Of a stretch of DNA of 64,000 nt, positions 54,988-63,683 are shown in pieces. The notes under the pieces are model-generated. The model ran no database searches, was not told the origin of the DNA, and saw nothing but the letters and a program-made list of their open reading frames with translations. The DNA comes from an uncultured delta proteobacterium (lineage in GTDB: Bacteria > Desulfobacterota > Binatia > JACPRU01): the NCBI GenBank assembly GCA_963745025.1, contig CAVUWD010000010.1, forward strand, positions 93,794 through 157,793, written 5' to 3'. The position numbers were made by a program, and so were the translations under genes. Within the stretch, counting starts at the first letter, position 1; every line of letters begins with the position of its first letter.

Positions 54988-56244
54988 GTGAACCAATTCC
55001 GCTTCCTCGTTCAGGCGCTCCGCTACGCATTTCGCGGCGGGCTGTTCTATTACCTCTGGCTCGCATTTCTCGTCGCTCTGGTGGCGTGGGGTGGCGCTGC
55101 CTATCTCGAGCAGCTGAGGCGCGGGCTGATCGTCACGGCGATGCGCGACCAGGCGTCGTGGGCGTACTACATCGGCAACTTCACGTTCCTCGACGGCGTG
55201 GCGGCCTCGGCGGTGATCGTCGTGATCCCTGCGTTCATCTACGACTGGAAGCCGATCAAGGAGGTCGCGATCCTCGCGGAGATCCTGGCGATCAGCGCCA
55301 TCGTGATGTCCTTGCTCTTCGTCATCGTGGACCTGGGTCGGCCCGACCAGCTGTGGCACTTCTACAAGCTCAACGTTCCCTCGTCCCTGCTCGCCTGGGA
55401 CGTCTGCGTCCAAAACTTCTATTTCATGGTGAACATCGTCATCGTCGCGTACGTGCTCTATCGCACCTATAACGGCCGGCACGTCCGCGAGGGTTTCTTC
55501 GTGCCCCTGGTGCTGCTCTCGATCCCGGCCGCGATCGCGATCGTCGCGGTCACCGCCTTCATCTACAACGGACTTGCCGCACGTCCGTTCTGGAATGCAT
55601 CGATTCTGGCCCCCCGATTCATCGCGAGCGCTTTCTGCTCCGGCCCGGCGATCCTCCTGATCCTCTTCCAGATCCTTCAGCGCACGACCAAGCTCGAGAT
55701 CAAGGACGAGGCCATCTGGAAAATCGCCGAGCTCATGGCCTACGCCATGTTCGTGAACCTCTTCCTGCTCGGTGCCGAGGTCTTCAAGGAGGTCTACTCG
55801 AGGACCGAGCACATGATTCACTTCAACTACCTCTTCTGGGGCATCGGCGGTCATCGGGCTCTCGTCCCCTACGCGTGGGCAGCAGTCGCGGCGAGCGCGA
55901 CCGCTTTTGTCCTCCTGCTGATCCCGGCGACCCGCACGAACCCGTTCACCCTGAACCTCGGGTGCCTGTTGATCTACTCGGGGGTCTACATCGAGAAGGG
56001 AATGGGGCTCGTGATCCCCGGCCTCACTCCGGACACGCTCGGCGAGATCTACGAGTACGTGCCGACGTGGTACGAGGTGCGGATCGGTGCGGGCATCTTC
56101 GCGATCGGATTCCTCGTCTACACGATCATCACCAAGATCGCCGTCGGAATCCTGATCGGAGAGCTGCGCACCGAAGCGGCGCGCGCCGCCGAGATCGCGG
56201 AAGCGGCCGGCCGTCGCCTGAAGCCCTCGCTGCACTCGGTCTGA
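54988..56244 (+). CDS. NrfD/PsrC-family integral membrane quinol-interacting subunit
   Basis: The 418-aa product has about 10 TM helices. The pattern LFVIVDLGRPDQLWHF is typical of the NrfD family. It starts at a GTG 21 nt after the FeS gene. Confidence 0.88.
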   Translation: MNQFRFLVQALRYAFRGGLFYYLWLAFLVALVAWGGAAYLEQLRRGLIVTAMRDQASWAYYIGNFTFLDGVAASAVIVVIPAFIYDWKPIKEVAILAEILAISAIVMSLLFVIVDLGRPDQLWHFYKLNVPSSLLAWDVCVQNFYFMVNIVIVAYVLYRTYNGRHVREGFFVPLVLLSIPAAIAIVAVTAFIYNGLAARPFWNASILAPRFIASAFCSGPAILLILFQILQRTTKLEIKDEAIWKIAELMAYAMFVNLFLLGAEVFKEVYSRTEHMIHFNYLFWGIGGHRALVPYAWAAVAASATAFVLLLIPATRTNPFTLNLGCLLIYSGVYIEKGMGLVIPGLTPDTLGEIYEYVPTWYEVRIGAGIFAIGFLVYTIITKIAVGILIGELRTEAARAAEIAEAAGRRLKPSLHSV

Positions 56245-56357
56245 AGCGCCCTGACGATCGCTGGCACTGGCATAGTTCGTGGTTATGTAGCTGAGTCGGA
56301 GGGTGTTCTTCGAAGCGGGAGTCGATCGATCACCGAGGTTTATGATCTTTTCCTTCT

Positions 56358-56490
56358 GTCCCTATCGTCTAGTGGCCCAGGACGCCATTTCATGGCTTCG
56401 GCAGGCGCGTGAATTCCGGTTTCCGGGAACGATTTTTGCGGCCGAGGCCTGCTCACAGTGGAGACCGAGGTTCAAATCCTCGTAGGGACA
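56358..56490 (+). tRNA. tRNA-Glu-like gene with a 60-nt insertion in the anticodon loop (intron-like or disrupted)
   Basis: The acceptor stem GTCCCTA (56358-64) pairs perfectly with TAGGGAC (56483-89). The D-arm is GTCT-AGTGGCCCA-GGAC. The T-arm is CGAGG-TTCAAAT-CCTCG (56466-82). The anticodon stem CCATT (56385-89) pairs with AGTGG (56457-61) but encloses 67 nt instead of 7. The body resembles E. coli tRNA-Glu. No CCA is encoded. Confidence 0.6.
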
Positions 56491-56896
56491 TAATCGAGTG
56501 GTGAGATGTAAAGCCGTCTGCGAGTTTTCGCTCTAAGATGTCGATAATACTGCTGTTTTTGCCACGAGGCTCGTCTTGGCGGGGAGAGGGATTTTGCTCT
56601 GTATTAGGTAATAGTAAGCGGTGCTACTGCGCCGCCGCTGTGCGTCCGCCGATTATCGTCGATCTGCCAGCAAGCGCAGTGTACAAGGCGGGCGGTTCCT
56701 AGAGTTGGGAAACTTATTCGAAAATTTTCTAAAATTTGAAAAACTAATGCTACTTGCTTTCTAGCTCATAATGAGTGAAATCTCATATTTCTCAGGTGAA
56801 TTCCTCTTGCCGCCATGCCGGAGTTACGGACCCGCCGATCGATTCGTCGGAAGGTATAATTTTTGCTCTCTTTTTTCCCAGACGGAGGAGCCATCG

Positions 56897-59800
56897 ATGA
56901 TAGCGAGAACGAAGACCCGGTCGGTGAAAGCCCCGCTCGTGACCGCACTGACCGTCTTGGTCATGCTCCTGGCCACTGGTCCGGTGGGCGCCTTGTACCC
57001 GCCCAACGGCGCGAAGCCGACTGGGGACTCCGCTGATCCTTACATGAACCCGGATGACGGCATGTGCGTCGTCGGCGTCGCAGCCGACGGCACGATGCGC
57101 GTCGATTGGTCGATCACGAACGCGCGGGATTGCGTTGCGTATACGACCGGGCTCGGCACGATGACGGGGGTCGACATCACCACTTCGAGCACCTGCGGTG
57201 CTCTCGGAACCGGGTTGTGCAACACCTCGGCACTTTGCACTCGACCGAACGGAAGCGCGGTCTGGAATGCCGCGGCATTGAAGTGTTTCGATGTCTCTAG
57301 CTGCCTGAGCGCGGGCGCCGACAACGCGACCTGCACGGCAGCCGGTGTACCGTTGCCGTGCTGTACCGGCAACGGGACCGGAACGTGCGGCGTGAACGAC
57401 GGCTACAGGCACGCCTTCGCCACGACCAACACGTGCGTCAACGCTGCCGACCCCACGACCGCCATCAGCCTGGTGGATCTCGACCGCACGCTGCCCATGT
57501 GCCAATCCAAGGGCGGGACGACGCTGTCGCCGATCCCAGGGACGTGCGTGGCGTACGGCTGGGTGTACAGGAACAGGAACGCCGATGGCCCCCCCCCGAC
57601 GCTCCCGGTTACGGGGGTTGGCGTCGGACACGACCGACGGCGTGCAGGCCAGCGCCGGTCTGGGCTTTTGTTACACGGCGATTCGAATGACCGGAGGTGG
57701 CTATACTCCGCCTAGCCCCATTACCCCCACCTCCTGTCCATCCTGGCACAACAGTCCGACCGGCAACGCGGCCGAGTGGCCCGCTTGCCAGAGTAGCACC
57801 ACGGGATGCCAGACCCCGCAGTCGTACGATGCCGGCCTGGGTTGGTCATTCTCGACCCCCAATTGCGTGTATAACTTCGGCATACTGGGCACCCAAAATG
57901 CAAACGTAACCAACGCCGCTGGTGTAGTGACCCCAGCGGGTACACTTGTGGATCTCACCGGCATCGACAACCAAGGCGATTGTCTCGCAGCAGGCTATTC
58001 CTGGGACAACTGGCTCCCCTTCCCTGGCCCGACAGGCATCAGGACCAGTGCCAGTGGAGGAGATTACGCCGGGATGCCCCCAGGTCCGCCCGCCGCCCAG
58101 ATCGTGAAATTCGATGCGCTCACTCCGATCGAAGGCGGCGGGGGCGAATTCTTCAGCGGCACCGGCTTCAACTGTCTGAGGTGCCATGCCGATCAGTCGA
58201 GGGCGTTCCAGGAGCGGAACAAGCCCGGCTTCGTCAAGACGAGGCACCAGAAGGCCGGCGACGCGATCGGCAAGCCGTTCCAGCCCTTTTTCAACGATGC
58301 CGACTCGTCTTGGGGGCTGCAGGGCGTTCAGTGTACAATGTGCCATAGCACCGCGAGGCCTTCGCAGGACGACTTGATTCAGGTTGTCCCCGCGGGAGTG
58401 GTTGGCCCGCCTGCCGCTGGCGCCCCCAAGAGCGCCACGGGCCACAACCAGACCGAATACGGGGCGCACTTGCTCGACATCTGCTACACGTGCCACGGCA
58501 CCCCGGCTCAACCCCCCCTCGACCCAACAATCGTAAACCCGGCGGAGCACATCCCGGTGTCCAATGGGGACTTCAGATTGACATTGAATAATCCCGGACC
58601 GGCGACCTCCAATCTTTTCAATAACATACCGCCGCTACCAGTACCGCCAAACGTGGGGGGGCTGGCGCCAATCATGAACCAGTTCCTGAACAGCCCGCAT
58701 GCACAGTACGCGGGCTCGAGCCTCAAGGTCGACATCGGGAACAAGGACAACTACGGTAGCACCTTCGAGGGCTATGTCTGCCGGACGAGCAGTACTGTCG
58801 GCGGAGGCTCCATCATCACCACGGTCTACAGGAACGGCGTGGCGGAGAAGATTCCGAACGTCGACAGCACGGACAACCCGGCTTGCACGAACGCGGCCGA
58901 CGGGTCGGCGACGAGCGGCGCCGGCGGCTTCTGGGTGAAGGACGGCGAAACTAGCCCAGGTGTTCCCACCGATACTGCGCAGGGCAACTGCATGACCTGC
59001 CACGACGTCCACTGGGCGCTGGCTTCCACCGATAAGGACAAGCCCTGCATTCAATCCAGAGGGCGAGCCGTTCCGGAGAGAATGCACCACCTGCCACGTG
59101 AACCCCGGAACGTCGGCGTCGGGCGCGCCGCAGATCGACCTGGCGACGATCAACCACCTGAAGACGGCGGGCACGCCACTCGAGAATTGGGCGACCGATC
59201 CCGACTCAGCGTGCGAGACCTGCCACATGCCGAAATCAGGCGGTGAGTCGAGTAACACCTCGCCCATGCACCTCTGGCGGATCAATACCGACCCGAATTA
59301 CCACACGATGGGAGCCACGGAGGCCAACCCGCGCCCGATCGGGGAAGGCTACACCGACGCGGCGTGGGTGGACATCGAGCACGCGTGCGGTCAGTGCCAC
59401 GGAACCGACGGGAATCGACGGCGCGATATCTGCACGTGGACTGCGCGCCCCCTCGTAGCACGGAAGTGCTGGCGACGGTCGCGAAGGGCATGCATAGCGC
59501 CACGGCCGTTTCGTACTTCGTGAACTTCAACATCGGCCCGGTCAGTGGACTGCAAGTCCCCGTCACCGCCACCGTCGACTGCGGCGGGGCGACGTGCCCG
59601 AGCTTCACGTACGACTGGGACTGGGGAGACGGCACGCAGGCGCTGGGCGCTACCGCGAGCGAGACCCACACGTACGCGAGCGGAGGATCGAAATCGATCA
59701 CGTTGACCGTGCTATTGAACGGCAGTAGTGTGGGTTCCGCTACCCGGAGCGTCAGGTTGTTCAATCCGGATCTCCCCCCGACCGCCCTGGGCCACTGCAG

Positions 59801-60071
59801 GTACCGTGCGGACAGGCGGCAGATGAAGCTCGTGGACAAGTCCACTGACGACGGCCCGGACGCGGATACCCTTCCGGGCGACGGCGAGGCCACCCTGCAG
59901 ATCGTCGTCGATTGGGGCGACGGCAGCACGAAGACGATCACCAAGCAGGGCGCGATCGTGAAGCATATCTATCTGCTCCCGGGAACCTACACGGTCACCC
60001 ACACCGCGATCGACGCGAAGCTGCAAAAGGACGTGAGGCACTGCAACCCGACCACCGTCACTGGACCGTGA
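56897..60071 (+). pseudogene. very large secreted Cys-rich / 7-haem cytochrome c / 2x PKD-domain protein; reading frame broken at least 3 times in the given sequence
   Basis: Signal peptide MIARTKTRSVKAPLVTALTVLVMLLATGPVGA, with a GGAGGAG Shine-Dalgarno and a TATAAT at 56855-60. The frame changes between C9 (57589-97) and G5 (57613-17), again near 59043-45, and again near 59405-59440. Haem motifs are CLRCH, CTMCH, CYTCH, CMTCH, CTTCH, CETCH and CGQCH. The C-terminus carries PKD-like units (YDWDWGDGT...HTYASGGSKSITLTV and VVDWGDGS...HIYLLPGTYTVTHTA). Confidence 0.65.
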
Positions 60072-60135
60072 GCTTTGCTCTGACAAGCAGATGAACGAAA
60101 TGCGAATAACGAAGGCCTACGGAGGGAGAATCGAG

Positions 60136-60939
60136 ATGAAAGCGTTCAAACCAAGCGCGGCGCTGGCAGTGCTGGTCATCGTAGGCTGGGTGTCCCAGGT
60201 TCCCTCCGCCCTAGCCTACACCGGAACGTACGTGCCGGGTGTGGGAATCAACGAAACGCCGCACGACCTCGGCCACCCGCACAATGGAATGAACTACGTT
60301 GCGGTGCCGACAGATCCGCAGCAGAGAATCTGCATCTTCTGTCACGCGCCGCACAATACGTACAGGATCGCCGGGACGCCGGGTAACGGCCCGGTAGCCC
60401 CTGCGGCCTTCAACTACCTGCCGCTGTGGAACCACACGCTGCAGGCGAACACCGCATACATGATGTACGACGCCGGGCCCGGCGCGCCGACGGTCGGACC
60501 GAAGCGCACGAATGCCAAGGACGTCGGCATGACCCCCGGCAGCGTCTCGCTCCTCTGCCTGAGCTGTCATGACGGAAGCGTCGCTGTGAATTCCTGGGGC
60601 AATACCAGTCAGGCGACGCAATCGGTCGGTAATACGTTCATGACTTTGGCATACCAGATCGGTACGAGTCAGTCCCTGATCAACCACCATCCGATCGGGT
60701 TCAACTACAACGCGGTGCAGGCGGGAGACATCGAGATCCGCGACGCGAGCACCGTGCAGCTGACGGTGGATACGTTCGTCAGCGACCACCTCTACAACCA
60801 AAACCTCGAGTGTGGCACTTGCCATTCGGTGCACAACAAGGGGAACACGGGCGAGAAGCTGCTGTGGAGGAGTGACCAGCGCAGCGAGCTCTGCTTGACC
60901 TGCCACGACAAGGGTTTCTACACCCCGCCGGCAGGGTAA
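60136..60939 (+). CDS. secreted tetra-haem cytochrome, paired-CXXCH family
   Basis: GGAGGGAG lies 7 nt before the ATG at 60136. Signal peptide, then RICIFCHAPHN, CLSCHDG, CGTCHSVHN and CLTCHD. Confidence 0.85.
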   Translation: MKAFKPSAALAVLVIVGWVSQVPSALAYTGTYVPGVGINETPHDLGHPHNGMNYVAVPTDPQQRICIFCHAPHNTYRIAGTPGNGPVAPAAFNYLPLWNHTLQANTAYMMYDAGPGAPTVGPKRTNAKDVGMTPGSVSLLCLSCHDGSVAVNSWGNTSQATQSVGNTFMTLAYQIGTSQSLINHHPIGFNYNAVQAGDIEIRDASTVQLTVDTFVSDHLYNQNLECGTCHSVHNKGNTGEKLLWRSDQRSELCLTCHDKGFYTPPAG

Positions 60940-61009
60940 GGCGTACTCGAGCAGCTGCCGGCCGATCGTCCGGAGCTGCAGGTTCGCCGTCCCCTCGTGG
61001 ATCTGCCGC

Positions 61010-61120
61010 GACCCTCGATGTCTTTCCCACCCGCCGTGGCCCGGTCAGCACGACGGACGGAAAGCTCCGCGCCGCCAGCATGACGGCCCGTTCCAGTTCG
61101 CGACGGAGGTAGCGCATCAA
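61010..61120 (-). pseudogene. about 35-aa N-terminal fragment of an AAA+ ATPase (DUF4143/AAA_14-type)
   Basis: MRYLRRELERAVMLAARSFPSVVLTGPRRVGKTS contains a Walker A motif. The sequence then loses all resemblance, and I found no continuation in other frames. Confidence 0.4.
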
Positions 61121-61246
61121 TGAGTTTTCGAAAGTATCGGTTTAGATTTCTCAAGTCCTAAGCTCGAGCCGGAATTCGCGCGGGTGGTGTTGGCGTCGGG
61201 GGCCCGCGCCGCGCGCAGCGAATGCGGGGCGAAGTCCCGGGCTACT

Positions 61247-62044
61247 TCAGCCCGCCAAGGTCTCCGGCGGCGGCCCGCCGTCGACGACGATCGTCTCGCC
61301 CGTCATCCAGGACGAGGCGTCGGAGGCCAGGAAGATGCACGGGTAGGCGATCTCCTCCACCCGTCCCCACCGGCCCATGCCCACCCGGGAGGCCACCGCC
61401 TTGTAGGTCTTCTCGGCGTCCGGGTCCGACTTCTTGAGGACATCCAGGAAGCCTTCGGTCTCGACAGGCCCCGGGGCAACGCAGTTCACGCGGATGCCCT
61501 GGCGCGCCCAGGCCGTGCCCAGCTCGCGGGTGAGCATGACGACGCCGCTCTTGGCGGCGCCGTAGTGAGACATCATGGTGGAGCCGTAGACGCCGGCGGT
61601 CGACGAGATGTTGATGATCACGCCGCCCGCCGGCTGCTGCGCCATCATCTGCTTCGCCGCCCACTTGCAACCCAGGAAGACGCCGGTCAAGTTGATGCCC
61701 ACCACCGTGTTCCAGCCGTTGATCGAGATGTTCTCGGGCCTGGCTTCGAATGACGCGCCGGCGTTGTTGACCATGATGTCGAGCCGCCCCCACCGGGCGG
61801 CGGTTGCCTCGACCATGGCCTTGACCTGCTCCTCCTGGCGCACGTCGACCGCCGTGGCGAAGGACCGCTTGCCGAGATCCTGGATGGCCTTCACCACCGG
61901 CTCCAGGTGCTCGATCTTCCTGCTGCAGATGGCGACGTCGGCCCCGGCGCGGGCGAACTCGATCGCGATCGACTCGCCGATGCCGGTGCCGCCTCCGGTG
62001 ACGATCGCGGCCTTACCTTGGAGAGAAAACGGAGTCTTGGTCAT
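61247..62044 (-). CDS. short-chain dehydrogenase/reductase (FabG-like)
   Basis: TGGGTGIG, NNAG and the catalytic S...YGAAK are present; 265 aa. Confidence 0.9.
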   Translation of the reverse strand: MTKTPFSLQGKAAIVTGGGTGIGESIAIEFARAGADVAICSRKIEHLEPVVKAIQDLGKRSFATAVDVRQEEQVKAMVEATAARWGRLDIMVNNAGASFEARPENISINGWNTVVGINLTGVFLGCKWAAKQMMAQQPAGGVIINISSTAGVYGSTMMSHYGAAKSGVVMLTRELGTAWARQGIRVNCVAPGPVETEGFLDVLKKSDPDAEKTYKAVASRVGMGRWGRVEEIAYPCIFLASDASSWMTGETIVVDGGPPPETLAG

Positions 62045-62138
62045 TCATCACCCGGACGCTAGCCAAGCGAGCGTCAGCGCTGGGTCGAATCGAGGTTCGT
62101 CGAGCGCGCGCCCGGCCCCTCGCCAGGACCCTCGACTT

Positions 62139-62647
62139 TCACTTCGACGGAGCGCTCTCCTCCTCGATCACCGGGATGGTGGAGGCGAGGTCGTAGCGCA
62201 TGACGGCATCTATCTTGTTCTCGATCTGATAGAAGCGAGCCACCTTGCGCCCGGGCAGGCTCTTGGCGAACTCCTCGACGTAGGAGCGGCGCACCTTGAC
62301 GCGGTCCGCCTCGATGGCCAGGTAGTCGTCGACGAGCTTCATGGCCTTGTCGTCGGCGAGGTCGCGAAAATGTCGCGCCGTAGTCCTGGATCACTCCGAC
62401 CAGCCGATCGCCGATTGCGTTGAGGTCCTTCTGGTAGCGATCGTAGACCGGCCAGAACTTCGCGGCCTCGTCGTCGGTCAGCTTGAGGTTCACCGCGACC
62501 AGCGCCTTGCGGTTGGCGCGAATGGCGTTGATCAGGACATCCAGGTTGGCCTGCGCCGCCTCGCCGCGAGGCTGCGCAGCGCGGCACGGCGGCGGCGGAA
62601 AGGCCGAGGATCAAGGCGGAGGCGAGCAAGAGGCGTATCTTCGACAT
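62139..62647 (-). pseudogene. secreted hypothetical protein, frame broken twice in the given sequence
   Basis: MSKIRLLLASALILGLS... (the start frame) is followed by QANLDVLINAIRANRKALVAVNLKLTDDEAAKFWPVYDRYQKDLNAIGDRLVGVIQDYGATF in a second frame and RDLADDKAMKLVDDYLAIEADRVKVRRSYVEEFAKSLPGRKVARFYQIENKIDAVMRYDL... in a third. The second break sits at a T4/A4 run near 62375. Confidence 0.55.
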
Positions 62648-62697
62648 GGTGTTGGCTCCCTTCTTCATCGGCATCGTTCTGGGCGGCGATGGTTTCT

Positions 62698-63257
62698 CTA
62701 ATCGGAGAGTCTTCGTGATCTTCGAGCCCTGAATGCCGATGCCGGCCATCAGGCCCTTCTGATCTGAAGATGAAGGCGTAGACGTCCTGCGTGAGCGTCG
62801 TGGTGGTCATCGACTTACCCGCTCCCGTGTCGACGACGACGATGCTCGGACCGACTCCGACCTCCCAGCCGCCGCTCTTGTCGAGATAGGCGAGGGCGGC
62901 GTCGTTCATGAAGAACAGCGCGTAACCGAATACCTGTACTCCGGCCTGCAGGCCGTAGGACGCCGCCACCGAGTTGTAGTAGCCGGCGATCTTGCCCTTC
63001 TTCGTGAGGACCCCGTCGCCCATCTGACCGCCGAACATGAAGCCCGCCTTGACGATGTTCGGAAAGACGAGGATGCCCTTGGCCTTCCCGCCGAGCAATT
63101 TCGCCATGCTGTTTGTCGCGTAGAGGTCCTTCAACGCCCGATTGGCGTCCCGCACGAGCTGGTCCCGGCTGCCCGCCAGGGCGAGCGGCGCATTCAGCGA
63201 CGCCACGATCGCCGCGAGCAGGAGGATGGCCGCCTGCATTCGCATCCGTTTCATCAT
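62698..63257 (-). pseudogene. Ysc84/DUF500-like lipid-binding periplasmic protein, frame broken near 62765; 3' end uncertain
   Basis: Signal peptide, then ...GILVFPNIVKAGFMFGGQMGDGVL...AGYYNSVAASYGLQAGVQVFGYALFF...GGWEVGVGPSIVVVD...DVYAFIF. The expected continuation DQKGLMAGIGIQGSKITK lies in another frame. Confidence 0.6.
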
Positions 63258-63683
63258 GTTCCTTCTCCTCTAGTCACGTCGGTGAGCGCGCTCCGCGCTC
63301 GATTCGAGCCAGGAGGTTCCCCGACTCTCATGGGACGGCGCCCTATCGGGTTGAGATGGCAGCGAGCGCGAGTCGATCAGGCATTCGGCTCATCGATCGG
63401 ATCGCGATTTTTCTTCCCGCATGCCCCCTTGCAACACCCGTCTTGTCGATCCCTGTTGCGGACCGTGACACGAAAATTACAGCGCATCAAGCGGAGCGGC
63501 ACCCGAAGGCGTCGGCATCGAGTAGGCCGAAACCGGCCATTCGTTCGTCTCGAGCGACGGCCGTCTTCGCGCGGCGGCGCAGCGCGAAGGGTTCGTCGCC
63601 GTCGGTTGAGAGGAGGAGAGGGCGCAACGTCCCCTGCGGACTAGACTAGATCCGCTGAAGCGCTGAGCGGATACTGTCGGCCC

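Noticed and set aside
53896-56235. Very long antisense ORFs, including the 779-aa ORF opposite the FeS/NrfD genes. Similar cases are 6886-8352, 3108-4133, 25088-26884, 35831-37675, 37914-38816, 47756-48940 and 49886-50995.
   Set aside because: Their products are Arg/Ala/Gly/Pro/Asp-rich, low in complexity and free of motifs. Each lies opposite a gene with unmistakable family signatures. Long stop-free antisense frames are expected in DNA this G+C-rich.
56358-56490. Alternative identities for the 133-nt tRNA-like element: tRNA-Sec, an allo-tRNA with a long variable arm, tmRNA, or a group I intron-containing tRNA.
   Set aside because: No 5-bp stem with a 7-nt loop can be drawn directly after position 26, so the extra sequence cannot be a variable arm. 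The acceptor/T geometry is the ordinary 7/5 rather than 8/5. There is no tmRNA-like 5' end or tag ORF. Sixty nucleotides is far too short for a group I intron.
56736-56772. TTGAAA ... CATAAT as a sigma-70 promoter for the large cytochrome gene.
   Set aside because: The hexamers are 25 nt apart. The perfect TATAAT at 56855-60 is a better -10 candidate but has no convincing -35, so I mention it only in that gene's evidence.
60940-61246. A possible intact gene between the 4-haem cytochrome and the SDR gene (113-aa minus-strand ORF, 60779-61120).
   Set aside because: Only the first 35 or so residues (the AAA+ Walker A region) look real. The rest is Arg/Pro/Ala-rich and overlaps the cytochrome gene, so I annotated just a fragment.
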